A stretch of 63,172 bases of DNA, counting the filler, from Olpidium bornovanus S191 (Eukaryota; Fungi; Olpidiomycota), in NCBI GenBank assembly GCA_017911155.1. It is 30 parts of 30 records of this genome, joined end to end, with 100 filler letters (N's around TTAATTAATTAA, not from the genome) between each part and the next. Parts side by side here need not be neighbours in the genome. Positions count along the whole stretch, not along the records: positions 61,604 to 63,172 come from JAEFCI010010582.1; 29 more parts are not named here. One strand, given 5' to 3'. Each line of letters begins with the position of its first letter. Positions within the stretch are counted from its first letter, which is position 1. Positions 63,051 through 63,172 of this stretch are shown here, in pieces. Both the position numbers and the translations under genes were made by a program. The notes below the pieces were generated by a model. The model had not been told where the DNA came from. It did no database searches and saw nothing but the letters and a program-made list of their open reading frames with translations.

Positions 63051-63172
63051 CCCCATGGGAAGGAGCCATAGGCTTCCCCCCGGTGACCCACCGAACCAAA
63101 TTAGTCCTCGCTCCGGGAGAAGGGTCCGGAGGCTTATGAGGAAAATATGCGGCCCCAAAGGCCTGTGTGCCG

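Overview
This window is not a continuous locus. It is 30 short contigs (about 1-5.4 kb each) of a GC-rich, intron-containing eukaryote, joined by 29 identical artificial 100-bp linkers (N44-TTAATTAATTAA-N44). Adjacency across a linker therefore has no biological meaning. The gene set points to an early-diverging, probably flagellated (zoosporic) fungus: fungal-type Tah18, Hrp1, Psk1/S6K, Psp1, Arb1 and NT-C2 proteins occur alongside MED23 and a CEP89-like centriolar protein. An Olpidium-like draft assembly is my inference and is unverified. Most genes are partial and spliced. Recognisable genes are a CaMKK-family kinase, a WD40 protein, a GRF zinc-finger ORF, CEP89-like, TAH18/NDOR1, HRP1, GPR89, a bacterial-type DAACS symporter, HMG-CoA reductase, AAR2, an EGF-like+GT4 glycosyltransferase, an S6K-like kinase, a mitochondrial carrier, an NT-C2 protein, MED23, Arb1, PSP1 and ABHD11. 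Mobile DNA comprises a degenerate Ty1/copia 3' end and an AT-rich fragment resembling viral GIY-YIG endonucleases. The most unusual signals are: (1) a mitochondrial carrier with its EF-hand module at the C-terminus, fused within one exon; (2) the virus-like endonuclease fragment; (3) strong enrichment of CATG exactly at contig ends; (4) the membrane-anchored EGF-like/GT4 fusion. I found no rRNA, tRNA or CRISPR arrays. All family assignments come from motif recognition, not database searches.
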